From: Mayamaea pseudoterrestris
Lineage: Eukaryota
DNA length: 64,000 nt
Reading direction: 5' to 3'
Assembly: GCA_027923505.1 (NCBI GenBank)
Contig: BROI01000017.1
Coordinates: 372,001-436,000 of the forward strand
Position numbers and translations under genes: made by a program. Below are positions 34,808 to 45,447 of the stretch, in pieces. The notes under the pieces were generated by a model. The model had not been told where the DNA came from and did no database searches. It worked only from the letters and a program-made list of their open reading frames with translations. Position 1 is the first letter of the stretch; the number at the start of each line of letters is the position of its first letter.

Positions 34808-35385
34808 TGGGTTCAGCAGCAGCACACTGCAGCTGGCAAGCATCCCGCTCTCTAGCGCGGATCTAGCCCTGCTCTGCTAGCCCAGCGGGGGTGCTTGGGT
34901 TGCTACACATAGCTACCCAAGTTTTAGCAATCGCCGTCTTTGCGTAGTAAGCGGAAGAATCTGTGGCTGGATATTTAGTTTTTGTTCATGTGGGATTCTG
35001 GAGAGCCGGAGGAAAGCGGTGATTTGATTGGCCAATGGTGACGTCATCGGATGACGGCATTGGCGCATTGGTTCCAGAGGTCATGGGTCCTCTCCAAGGA
35101 TTGCTTCGCAATCTTTGCTTGCTTGTCATTCTTTTGGTCTGTTTGCCTCGAAGCTCTTGTTCGAGGACTGTAAGATAGATTAAAGTTCCCACCCTAGCCC
35201 ATCCCTGGGTTCAGCAGCAGCACACTGCAGCTGGCAAGCATCCCGCCCTTTGGCGCGGATCTGGCCCTGCTCTGCTAGCCCAGCGGGGGTGCTTGGGTTG
35301 CTACACATAGCTACCCAAGTTTTAGCAATCGCCGTCTTTGTGTAGTAAGCGGAAGAATCTGTGGCTGGATATTTAGTTTTTGTTC
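34808..35385 (+). repeat. Terminal repeat block B1-A2-(18-nt spacer)-B2
   Basis: B1 34808-34987 and B2 35206-35385 are each 180 bp and differ by 5 transitions; A2 abuts B1 directly. Confidence 0.95.
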
Positions 35386-35387
35386 TC

Positions 35388-36116
35388 ATGTCGACTGTCG
35401 AGGCCTCATGGGATCTACTTGGTAGTCTTTTGCAAGCATGTGATTCCATCACTCGTACGGCAGTAAGGAAGCGTCATGCTGTTTCACCGCTCCGTACCTA
35501 TTCGTCGGCCCCATTGGTCGACCAGATTGCTCGCGAACGAGAAATCGCAGCCTGGATCCATCGACAAATCCTGCAGCATGAACGCTCATCACAAGTATTG
35601 ACCATTGATAGCAAAGGTGATGATGATGCGCCACAGAAAGCTGTTAATGAAGCAAACCGCAGTAATCTTTTGATGGAAGCATGCGCGAAACTCCAATGGG
35701 AGCATACATGCTTGTCACACATTCACAAGACCAAGGCATTAAGCGCAACATGCTTTAACGAACATGTTGCCAATGACAATGATCGACTGTTGCGAATAAA
35801 AGTTTTGAAACATAGAAACGAGCTGGTGGGCCAAGTGTTAACGTCGAGTCGGAAATTAACTCACACGAAGCAGCAAATTCAACAGTTGGAGATGCAACTG
35901 CACCAGCTTCGCCTAGACTGTCACAATATTTATCATCAGTTGGAGCAGCGAAACAGTACGAGAGAGCGTGATAACAGTGGAGCACCGGAACACCAAGTGC
36001 AACGAAGGGAATCGCAAATGATGGAGCATGTCATCACTGATTTACTCGCAGCATGCGATTTTGGCACTATTAACGACGAGCGAGTGAATCAAATTCTTTC
36101 ACGTCGAAATAGATAA
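35388..36116 (+). CDS. Coiled-coil protein, possibly CENP-H/Fta3-like
   Basis: ATG 35388 (MSTVEASW); long heptad region; C-terminal MMEHVITDLLAACDFGTINDERVNQIL. Confidence 0.45.
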   Translation: MSTVEASWDLLGSLLQACDSITRTAVRKRHAVSPLRTYSSAPLVDQIAREREIAAWIHRQILQHERSSQVLTIDSKGDDDAPQKAVNEANRSNLLMEACAKLQWEHTCLSHIHKTKALSATCFNEHVANDNDRLLRIKVLKHRNELVGQVLTSSRKLTHTKQQIQQLEMQLHQLRLDCHNIYHQLEQRNSTRERDNSGAPEHQVQRRESQMMEHVITDLLAACDFGTINDERVNQILSRRNR

Positions 36117-36189
36117 CGCGGTGACGCTGCTATAAAACACTTGTATTGTGACTACCACCTCCAACAATAAACAAGCCAACCTTTTGCCC

Positions 36190-36490
36190 GTCGCCTAATT
36201 CATTTGAGTCATACGTATATCCTTTTCCTTTAGAACCACTGCCAGCGAGCTTAGTTCTTCCTTTTTAGCCTTGCTTTTCGCTAGCCGCGGAGTGTTTTCG
36301 GCTTGGCCCGACTCGCTGAGTGCGTGCCCAATAACGAGCGCATACTTGGCCTTGTTGGAACCGATCACGAAAGTGTATGTGACACCATGCTTACCCCTCG
36401 TCCTTCCCACCTGATGTACGTACGCCTCCAAGTGGATGGGTGCACAATAGTTTATGACAGAGGAACAGGCCACGGAACGTCTAAAACGTT
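36190..36490 (-). pseudogene. Degenerate fragment of a DEAD-box helicase C-terminus (Prp5/DDX46-like)
   Basis: LDV..., VINYCAPIHLEAYVHQVGRT(RG)KHGVTYTFV (broken motif VI), then frameshifted LAGSGSKGKGYTYDSNE. Confidence 0.7.
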
Positions 36491-36820
36491 ACCGGGAACA
36501 ACAATGCGATGAAAACATTGAAAAAGTAAAACTAGTGTGACAAAACTTATATCGGTACGACACGCACAAAAGATGCATGCTTCACATCCATGAGTGAAAA
36601 GCCAAAACAGCTGCGTTCCGGCATGAAGAAACAACACAAAGCGGGATTGCATCTGGTTAAAAAAAATCGAAATGCACGACAAGATCTTGCTTTACTTGCA
36701 AGCCGGAAGTTGAGACCATGCATGACATGCAGATATGATCTGGCAAAAACAATGGAGTCTTTTTGTTTGGCTCACAAATCGAAAAACGATCTCACAGTCA
36801 ACCGAACCGACAAAGCAATT

Positions 36821-37678
36821 ATGACCATCAACCCTCGCGACCCCATCTACCAAGTCTCAAAAGACTTTGCACCAGACAAAGAATCTACATGGCCACATCC
36901 AAAGGAGCAGGACGGCTGGGTATTGGCCCATAACTCGCTTCGCAGCGAGATTACCGCCTTGAAGTCTGCCTTGATGGCCATTCAGAAGCGCGGAGGCATC
37001 AAGACGCAGTGGGAAACCAAAGCCTTGCAGGGTGCATCAGCGGCGCACTTGGAGCATATCCATGCGCATCACTCCAACGAGGATGAAATCATGACTCCTT
37101 TCATTACGACGCGCGCCAAGTATCCGGACAGGGTGAGTGTTGAAATGCTACATGCTTTCGTCTTTCTGATTTGGAATCACTGTCAACATTACGATACCAA
37201 GCACTGACACTCTGCCCTACACCTCACTCCTCTACAGCTCACGGAAGACCATGACGGCATTGTCAAGCAACTCCGATTGCTTGAAAGCATGATCATGGCG
37301 CTCAAGGTCAATGATAGTGTCGAGAAGCTCCTCAAGGAATTCATTGCCTACGAAGAGGACCTTTTGCCGCACTTGGCCGAGGAGGAAGAGATTGGCCTCC
37401 CACTAATGCGCGCCTACTTTACACCCGAGGACCTCAAGCCAGCCATTGCTCGCATTGTCAAGCAATCGACCAAGCTCGAGTTGGGCAGTTTGGTGGGGGC
37501 TGCCGGAGAAGACTACATTCGCAACACGTTCATGCCGAACGAAGGTATCCCATTTTTCGTATGGCACATTGACTTTTACTGGAAGTACCGTCTCTTTCGC
37601 CAGCAGTTTTCCAACAATGTGCAGGCCTTGGTGGAAGGCCAGGAGCAGAAGAGGAGCTTTATGCGCACGTTGTTGTAG
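36821..37678 (+). CDS. Hemerythrin/HHE cation-binding domain protein; intron 37133-37237
   Basis: LAHNSLRSE, IHAHHSNEDEI, LTEDHDGI, LLPHLAEEEEIGLP (HxxxE motifs). Confidence 0.85.
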
Positions 37679-38009
37679 CGCGAGCGGATCGATTCAACCA
37701 TACTGTCCCGGTTTTACGTGAATTCATGTCAGGAGAGTCATTAACTCTTTCAAGTAAAACATTATTTATTTGTCACCATCTTCTTATCTACCTTCTACTA
37801 GCATCATTCAAACGTTGGAAGCCATTGAGCAGCAAATCAAAAATCTACATGTGAGCCAAACCTACCACACAGGTTTAACTTTCATATAAAGCAGCCGCGT
37901 CGAAGTTGTTGCGCGGTTGCGGAATGCGAGCGCTCGGCATGATCCGAAAGCATTTCATTGCAGCAATAGTAAGGCAAAGTAGACAACACTTCTGTACATA
38001 CAGCGAAGT

Positions 38010-38855
38010 TCACCCCGCTTCCTCGATATCTTCCGTACTTGCTGCCGCGTTTAAGTCAACGTCTGCCGCCACAAGCGTATCAGCGGTGGCATCAGCAGCA
38101 ACTTGATCCGGATCGGAGGGGCCAACAATCAAATTATCGGCGGTAGGATTGGTTACATTGGTGCCAAGAACATTTGCATGTTCCGTGTATGTAGCATTTT
38201 GCGTCGCTGCCATCACCGATTCCTCTACAGCTGAAGTCGCATCTGGCAAACCGATTGATTTCGACCGACTTGCCTCCGCATCAACAGGCCCAACGGCAAT
38301 CACATTGTCTGCCTCACTGATCGTAACATTATTGACTGACTCTTGAACATTCATATCTGCACTGTTCGTCAGCAAGTGCTCCTCCATCCAGTTCGAGTCT
38401 TGCCGTGCCTGCGCATCGCTTCGACGCAACCGGACGGTATGCGTTTGCTCCTGCTGCAGCTTGAGCTTGTTTGGCAAATGCGTCTCCTTCCATCCAAAAA
38501 CCAAAATAGGAATGATTAAAAATACTGCCAGAACAGTATACATGAGCCGAACTGGAATTTGGACGCGAAACGTGCGTTTCGCCGTTGCGTCCGTCTTGTC
38601 ACGCATCGAATAAAGTTCCACGGCGGCTCCTGCATTTGAAGCATTCAATTTTTGCTTTCGACTTGCAGTTCCAGAATAGGAAAAGGACGGAGCATATCGA
38701 CGCATCATTGTCGAGAAGGAACTAGCCGCTGCACCGGCCGCCGTCGAGTTGCTGCTTGACAATCCACTGCCGGATGCATGCAGCGGCGTGTACTGACGCC
38801 CATGACGCTTGTGCGCCGCAACATCTCCTCGATCGCTAGTCTTGTCGTCAAGCAT
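38010..38855 (-). CDS. Hypothetical single-pass membrane protein
   Basis: 281-aa ORF with TM segment LMYTVLAVFLIIPILVFGW; the 3' end may be spliced further. Confidence 0.55.
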   Translation of the reverse strand: MLDDKTSDRGDVAAHKRHGRQYTPLHASGSGLSSSNSTAAGAAASSFSTMMRRYAPSFSYSGTASRKQKLNASNAGAAVELYSMRDKTDATAKRTFRVQIPVRLMYTVLAVFLIIPILVFGWKETHLPNKLKLQQEQTHTVRLRRSDAQARQDSNWMEEHLLTNSADMNVQESVNNVTISEADNVIAVGPVDAEASRSKSIGLPDATSAVEESVMAATQNATYTEHANVLGTNVTNPTADNLIVGPSDPDQVAADATADTLVAADVDLNAAASTEDIEEAG

Positions 38856-39641
38856 ATTGTCGTCAATCGTCTAATGAAAAGTCTTGGTTTTCTCTCTGGT
38901 GCATGTTGCCTTTTGCAATGCAGGATGAATGGATTCGCTTGCAGCGTTAAGACGCCGCGTTCACGTCGTAGTGAGACTGCCTGAGATGTCGGAGCGTGAC
39001 TGACTGTCACTTCGGTCGTGCAGACTTTGGTGATGGCGCGTCATCGAGGTACGTTCACGACAGCTGCGTCCGATTTGCTATGCCCCTCGCGATAGCAAGT
39101 TGCCTCGAGAAAGTGATACAACGTTGTGTACGAGCTGTTTTCCGAACGCCTAAGTACCTTTGATCCTCGGACCGTTTGGCAAAACGTCCGAGCAACGACT
39201 GCGATTGCGTTATCGAAGATATCAAACGTTGGACGAGCTTTCCAGTCCGTTTTTATTCACGTGGCGACGCGATAGCCAATTGCCTGCGAGCAATCCTCGG
39301 AAGTTCAAATGTCATTGCGAGCGTCGGACACTTACACATGGACGCAGGCGAGAATTGAGCGACGAAGAATTAACGGTGAACCAGCGCTATCGACCAGAGA
39401 GCACATTTTTCAAGCAGAAAAGTCTTTTCATTCACACTTACCGGCTGTTTTGATTGCAAACACATGCTAAGTTTATGTTTGATTGGTGGATTTTCAGTTC
39501 ACGTTAATTTACAAAGGCTTTCCATGCGCAAGTCACCAACGGCTTCGCATGCGGATCCAACCCGATGACAAGCGCCGACTAAAAAATCGCACACAATTCG
39601 AAAAAGCGCATACGAATTCACCAGCCAACTACTTCGAAAGG

Positions 39642-40849
39642 ATGAAGATCTCCCAAGTGTATTCGACTCTCCTGTTCCTCGCCAGCGCGACGTTGGCGCG
39701 CAGCGTTGATTGCGATTCAGCTTACGCTCTCTGTGGCCAAGGCACGACACCCCAGTGTTTCCTTGAAGATTCACGATTGCCCAAGCCCAAGAAGTGGGGT
39801 TGGCACAACCAGATCACTGGTACGTTCGATGCGACGACAGAAATCACGTGTACCCTGTGGGCAGGCGCGGCAAAGTGCAATACCGACGACAAAACAAATG
39901 TGGGAACTGCAACCATTACATCCGACTCCTTTTCTATCGATTGGGCGGCGGGTTATGATATCGGCGAAGTGCACTTTTACCATGGCACTGTCCCATACCC
40001 AAAGCTCAACGGAGTGAACACCGTCGCGCCCGGTCAGTTTTCCAATGGCTTGGTCTATCCGGCTACGCAGACTTCTTGGGACATTTTTGGTGATCCACTG
40101 ACAATGGGTAATTACTTTATCCTTCACGCAAAAATCTGCCCAGCTGTAAGTAATGTTGTTGAGATGATTAGAACACCGCATATCTTACTCTGCGATCGTA
40201 CTAACTGCCTCTATCTTCATCGCAGGCTCCAAGTGGATCCCCTTCGGCCGTTCCAAGCCCTGGACCTTCCGCCGTTCCAAGCCCTGGACCTTCCGCTGTT
40301 CCAAGCCCAAGTCCTTCCGCCGTCCCAAGCCCATCGCCTTCTGCCGTTCCAAGCCCATCGCCTTCCGCCGTACCAAGCCCAACCCCCTCCAATGTCCCGA
40401 GTCGCACTCCTTCGTTGCGCCCGGTTGGCACATGCCAGGAAGACACAGCCTACGCCAAGTGCGAATTGGCCAATAACCCCGTTTGTTTTACGGATGCACA
40501 GCACTGGGGTTGGACTCACGGAGTGCCAAACATTGGTACCTTCAGCTGCACGCTCTGGGCTGGAGCGGCGCAATGCGACACAAGCGACTTGAAGAAACAA
40601 GCTGGTACCGCCATTTCCACCGACGGTAAGGAGTTTACGATTAGTTTGAACCCCCAGTGGCGCTTGTTGGAGGTTCATTTCTATCACGACGATGTACTCC
40701 CGACCAACGGTGCTGGCAAGGTTGTTTACGCGCCGGGCACGTGGACGGGATACACTGTCGATAACGTGGACTTTACCTTTGATATCGACGAAGGAGGTTT
40801 GCAGACCAACGAATATTTCATCTTGCACACGAAGGTTTGCAAGTATTAG
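39642..40849 (+). CDS. Secreted protein with two copies of a WGW...LWAGAAxC...EVHFYH...APG...FILH domain joined by a PSAVPSP linker; intron 40146-40225
   Basis: Signal peptide MKISQVYSTLLFLASATLA; splicing joins the two ORFs in frame. Confidence 0.8.
40240..40400 (+). repeat. 24-bp coding tandem repeat (CCTTCCGCCGTTCCAAGCCC...), about 6 copies
   Basis: Encodes (PSAVPSP[G/S])n. Confidence 0.9.
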
Positions 40850-41113
40850 TGAAGAGGCTGCATACAGATCACTCTAGGGTAACTAATAGCGATTTAGCGC
40901 ATCGGTTACGACATCCTTGCTCTCAAGTAGCTTTCAAATATACCGTAATATGTGCACTGCATAGGCTATACTTTGCAACTTAGCGCAAGCTAGCAACATC
41001 TGGCAACCCGAATTCCAGCTTTGCAGTCGTCGGTGCGACATGCGCGTCTGTCGTTCATCCGTTCCACCGCGCCGCTTCCATCCATCTCGTGTTCACATTC
41101 TTTCAAAGTCACC

Positions 41114-42976
41114 ATGGCGAGTCTGTTTCAACAACAGCCAGCTACATTGGCCATTCGCGGACAGTTTGATGATGCAGTTGAAGATGATGAAGATGAACTA
41201 GTGTCGCTAAGATTAGCAAAGGATTTTGATAAAAGGGCAACCTTGCCGGTCAATTTGCAGCAACAATCGACCGATCGACAACGTTATCTGCATCATGCTG
41301 TTGATGAAACGAGCGACGACGACGATGACGATTGGTACGACGACCAAGACGATGCCATGGATCCAAATTCCATGAGTCATGTTCGTCTCACTAGCAACAC
41401 GAATAGCGCCGGCACGAGCATGTCGACCAAGCAACTGAATCTGAGTCATGCCGTTGCCAATCGCGTCAATCAGCTGCAGCACTTGGAACTCTCCAAATCA
41501 AGCAAAACGCAGGGCCGAGATGACCGAGCGACGAGTGAGCAAGTCATGGATCCGCGGACGCGCATGATATTGTTCAAGCTACTGTCGAGAGGCTTTTTGA
41601 AAAGGATTGACGGGTGTCTGTCGACGGGCAAGGAAGCCAATGTTTATTACGCAACCTCTGGAGCAACTGCAACTGCCACTGGCAGTATGGCAGACGCTTC
41701 AGAAACCACAACAACAGCCATTTCAGAATACGCCATTAAGATTTATAAAACCTCCATTCTCGTCTTCAAGGACCGTGATCGCTACGTTTCCGGCGAAAAC
41801 CGTTGGAAGCGAGGCTACTGCAAAAGCAATCCCCGCAAAATGGTCAAGGTTTGGGCCGAAAAAGAAATGCGCAACTACAAGCGCATTTACGGTGCCAACA
41901 TTCCCACGCCATGTCCAATATTGTTAAAGAGTCATGTACTCGTCATGGAGTTTCTTGGCCGCGACGGATGGCCGTCGCCTCGACTCAAGGATGCCATATT
42001 GTCGGAGAAGCGATTGCGGGAAGCCTACGTGCAGTGTATACTGATACTGAGACGCTTGTACCAACGTTGTCGGCTGGTGCATGGCGACTTGAGCGAATAC
42101 AATCTACTGTGGCATGATGAGCAAATTTACGTCATTGACGTTTCACAATCGGTGGAGACGGATCATCCTTCCGCCATTGACTTTTTGCGCAAGGACATAT
42201 CCAATGTCAATGACTATTTTCGCAAGATTGGTAACTTGAATGTCATGACGACGAGACAGCTCTTTGAGTTTACGACCATGCCACTGGATGATGATTCGGA
42301 AGCGACCGAGCTGGCATGCTTGGATAAGATGATGCACTTTGTTGACGATCATGCCGAGCAGTTGGCGCAGGCGACGGATCAAGATCGCCGACGGACGGAG
42401 CAACAAGAGTCGGTTGACGAAGCCGTGTTTATGAGCAGCTTTTTGCCACGCAGCTTGAACCAAGTGTCCGAAGTCGAGATTCAAAAACTTGCCAAAGGCG
42501 AGGTGGAAGATACGTATGCACACGCGGTTGCCTCGTTGACGGGTAACAAGGACGTTGTCGATGCCGTGGCCGAAAAGTTGGGACGGGAGAATGGCATGAC
42601 CAAGACGATGCAGTCTATACTACAAACGTCCGACGATGTAGATAACGATGGTAGCCGTGATGGACGCGTCAAACATGTTCAAATCAATGTCGATCAGTCG
42701 AACGAATCAAATAGCAATCCTGCCGAGGACTCGGACGGCGATAGCGACGATGATAGTGAGTCGGACGATGACGGAGTGAGCGACGGAAGCACCGACTTTG
42801 TCAGGAAACCAATGACACCCGAGGAACACGAAGCAACGCGAGCAGCGAGGCGCGCGGAGCGACGAGAAAACAAAAAGAATGTCAAGGAGTCGCAGAAGGA
42901 CAAGAGAAAGGAAAAGATTAAGAAGAAGGACAAGAAACGAGCTATTAAAAAGTCGAAAGCCGGAAGTAAAAAGTAG
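41114..42976 (+). CDS. RIO1: RIO1 atypical Ser/Thr kinase
   Basis: DRATSEQVMDPRT, STGKEANVY, AIKIYKTSILVFKDRDRY, LVHGDLSEYNLL, IDVSQSVE; Lys-rich tail. Confidence 0.95.
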   Translation: MASLFQQQPATLAIRGQFDDAVEDDEDELVSLRLAKDFDKRATLPVNLQQQSTDRQRYLHHAVDETSDDDDDDWYDDQDDAMDPNSMSHVRLTSNTNSAGTSMSTKQLNLSHAVANRVNQLQHLELSKSSKTQGRDDRATSEQVMDPRTRMILFKLLSRGFLKRIDGCLSTGKEANVYYATSGATATATGSMADASETTTTAISEYAIKIYKTSILVFKDRDRYVSGENRWKRGYCKSNPRKMVKVWAEKEMRNYKRIYGANIPTPCPILLKSHVLVMEFLGRDGWPSPRLKDAILSEKRLREAYVQCILILRRLYQRCRLVHGDLSEYNLLWHDEQIYVIDVSQSVETDHPSAIDFLRKDISNVNDYFRKIGNLNVMTTRQLFEFTTMPLDDDSEATELACLDKMMHFVDDHAEQLAQATDQDRRRTEQQESVDEAVFMSSFLPRSLNQVSEVEIQKLAKGEVEDTYAHAVASLTGNKDVVDAVAEKLGRENGMTKTMQSILQTSDDVDNDGSRDGRVKHVQINVDQSNESNSNPAEDSDGDSDDDSESDDDGVSDGSTDFVRKPMTPEEHEATRAARRAERRENKKNVKESQKDKRKEKIKKKDKKRAIKKSKAGSKK

Positions 42977-43229
42977 GAGCTTGTCAATAGCATAGTCAGC
43001 AACCTTTTGCTTGTGTTTTAATGACAGAACATGTTTACAGTTAGTACGTTTACATGACACCACGCGATGCAATATCACCACTTTAATAAAATATGTATAC
43101 TAATAGACGTAGTTCACCGTGAACTATTCTACTCGCATTATTCTTCCTTCTCAGCAAACATCTTACGTAAACATCCATTCGCAATTTCAAAAAACAAAGC
43201 AACCTGTTCCGACCCAGCACTAGACCAAA

Positions 43230-44983
43230 TCACGCCTCATTGGCCCGCTTTTCCTCCAACTTTTCAATCTGTCCGGTCGACACAAACTCGAGAATTTTCT
43301 CCGCACTCTTTGCCCCAATATTCGCAACTTTGGTCTTAGCGCCTTTGCCTAAACTCATGGCATTCTCCGGAGTCACGACAAAGTCAAGGTTCTGAAGCGC
43401 AGTGGCAACTTTCGAGTGGACGACACCGCCATTGCGATTGCCTTCCTTGAAATAAAACTCAGCAAGTGCCTGAAAGGCGCTCACCACCGGAAGATTCTCT
43501 GGACACTTGCAACTGTCTTTCAGCGCCGCTTGCTTCTTCGCAGCCTTGTCGTCCTTGGCCTCGCGGAATCCAAGCTCGTTGACAAGGCTACGCACAATAT
43601 CAGCCACTGGCTGCGAGCGATTGGCCGCCACCATGGCGCCAACCTTGTGCTTGGCATCGCCTTCGTCATCCGGCAAGTCAATCAGCTTGGAGCACGACTT
43701 GAGCAATTTGTAAATTGCAGCCGTTGCCTTTTTAATGCCTTCATTGTTATGCAGCTCCAAATCAAGTTTATTTGCTTGTTTGATCAAACCGGCAATTGCT
43801 GGATCGCTGTCGGAAGCAGATGGCACCTCGCCCTTGGCTTCGGCAATGAGACGATCCATTTCTTCATCTTCCTCCTTGGTCGGCATCTGCATAAGCCTGT
43901 AGAGTAAGCCAAATTATTAGTAAAAGAGTGAGAATCATCAAGTCATAGTCAAAAGCAACAATGGATCGACCAAAAGAAACGTACCATGGTTGCCAGCGCG
44001 GGGCACTCTCCGCTTTGCCATGATACTGACATGCAACTCGGACATTCCGCTCCTCGTCAAAGGCTCCGCTGCAAGTCACCGTCGCGCCGTCGTCATGCAG
44101 CTTCAATCGGCCACCCTCGCAAAGAGTGCATCGAGCCAGTCGTCCTCGCAAAGCTCCGTCCAAGACGCGAATCATGAGAACTGGCTTGGTTCCAGTCACA
44201 TGCTGACGGTTCCACTGTAGAATTTCCTTCAAATCAGCGATTGAAAGCTTGTGAATGGCTCCATACGTTTCAACGAGAATACTCATGTCATCCTTGGCCT
44301 TTTTTGAGGCCGACGGGTTATCGTCCTGCGTCGCATCGTATCGAATCTTGATGTCAGCCAGCCACGTTTTACCAGCCGACGACTCGCTGTCACCATCCTC
44401 CTTGCTCTTGGCAACGGCTGCTTTTTTCGCTTCCAGTGCCTCTGCAATCTCATCAGCGCGACTTGGCAAAATGTCTCCGCTTTCATCGCGCAAATTGTCG
44501 CGCACAAAGTCATGGGCCGTGACGCCTTGCTGCACCATTTTGCGAGGAAGCGTAAAGCACTCCAAGTGGTTCCACGAAGTCATGTCAAAGTCGTCGCGAG
44601 GAGTGTGCGTGCCAATGCGCATCGCATCCTTTTCAATCTTGGTCTTGCACTTTTTGCACGAGGCGCGGCTGCTCTTGGCGAGCTATAACATGAGCGAAAC
44701 CATTGTGAATGAGTGGAAGGAAAGCGAAGCGCAGTCGTAGCAAGATGAGAAATTTTAGAGTTCATTTTCATAATCAGTTATATGCAATATTGGAAGAAGG
44801 AGAAGGAGATTGTCGAAACGTGTCAGAATGTTTGACTTTGCGAACAGAGTCATTGGGACGAGCAAATGCAAGCAAGCCATGCACCCCATCGTCGAGGGGC
44901 TGGAAGACGCATGATGCATGCAAAGTCTTTCCTCTTTGCTCAGACATATTTCTTACCTCGACCGAGTACGTTGTACTGCTCAT
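43230..44983 (-). CDS. zf-PARP + SAP-like + PADR1 zinc finger + Pol-X-type HhH domain protein; introns about 44684-44956 and 43898-43982
   Basis: Spliced N-terminus MSSTTYSVE/LAKSSRASCKKCKTKIEKDAMRIG...WNHLECF; LKEILQWNRQHVTGTKPVL; GRLARCTLCEGG...CSGAFDE...ACQ; KVANIGAKSAEKILEFVSTGQIEKLEE. Confidence 0.8.
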
Positions 44984-45447
44984 GGTTGCTCAGAAAACGA
45001 TAGTCAAGGGTACGTCTCGCAATGCTTGGGCAACGCAAGGTTGCTTTCGTGCATTTTGTGTGTTGCAGCTTCGCGTGCGGATCCAAGGCGCGCCAAAAGT
45101 ACGTCTTAGCGGTACTCAGTTGCGACTAACAGAAAAGATCCAATGCGTTTTGGCGATGTTGCCGTTGTCACGAGCTTGAAGTTAGCAATTAAATTGTTGA
45201 ACAAAGCGATTTGAACTTGTGAATTTAGGTCTTCTGTTCGTGTGCTGTTTGAACTACTCAAAGGATGGCAAGAATATTGCACACAATTGATTGGAAACAT
45301 AACCTTTGGTGTAGCGTATGGCGCGGGCTGTGATGACACGCATGACTTATGTAGATACATAATGATCAAGACGATCCATACGATTAGCAAATGAAAAATA
45401 ATGTACATCTTATGTAGTTATAATATCGACAAGTAGAAAAAGAACGT

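Larger units (their letters stand above)
27817..35385 (+). mobile_element. Tyrosine-recombinase retrotransposon with split direct repeats (Ngaro/PAT-like, DIRS order)
   Basis: Repeats A1 27817-28018, B1 34808-34987, A2 34988-35187, B2 35206-35385; gag-like, RT/RNaseH and YR ORFs; no TSD. Confidence 0.93.

Noticed and set aside
40240..40400. CRISPR-like periodic repeat
   Set aside because: No unique spacers; it is a 24-bp coding tandem repeat in a eukaryotic gene.
7827..44983. A genome-maintenance cluster (TEN1-like, RPA3, CENP-H-like, zf-PARP)
   Set aside because: The genes are interspersed with unrelated ones and two calls are tentative; no evidence beyond chance.
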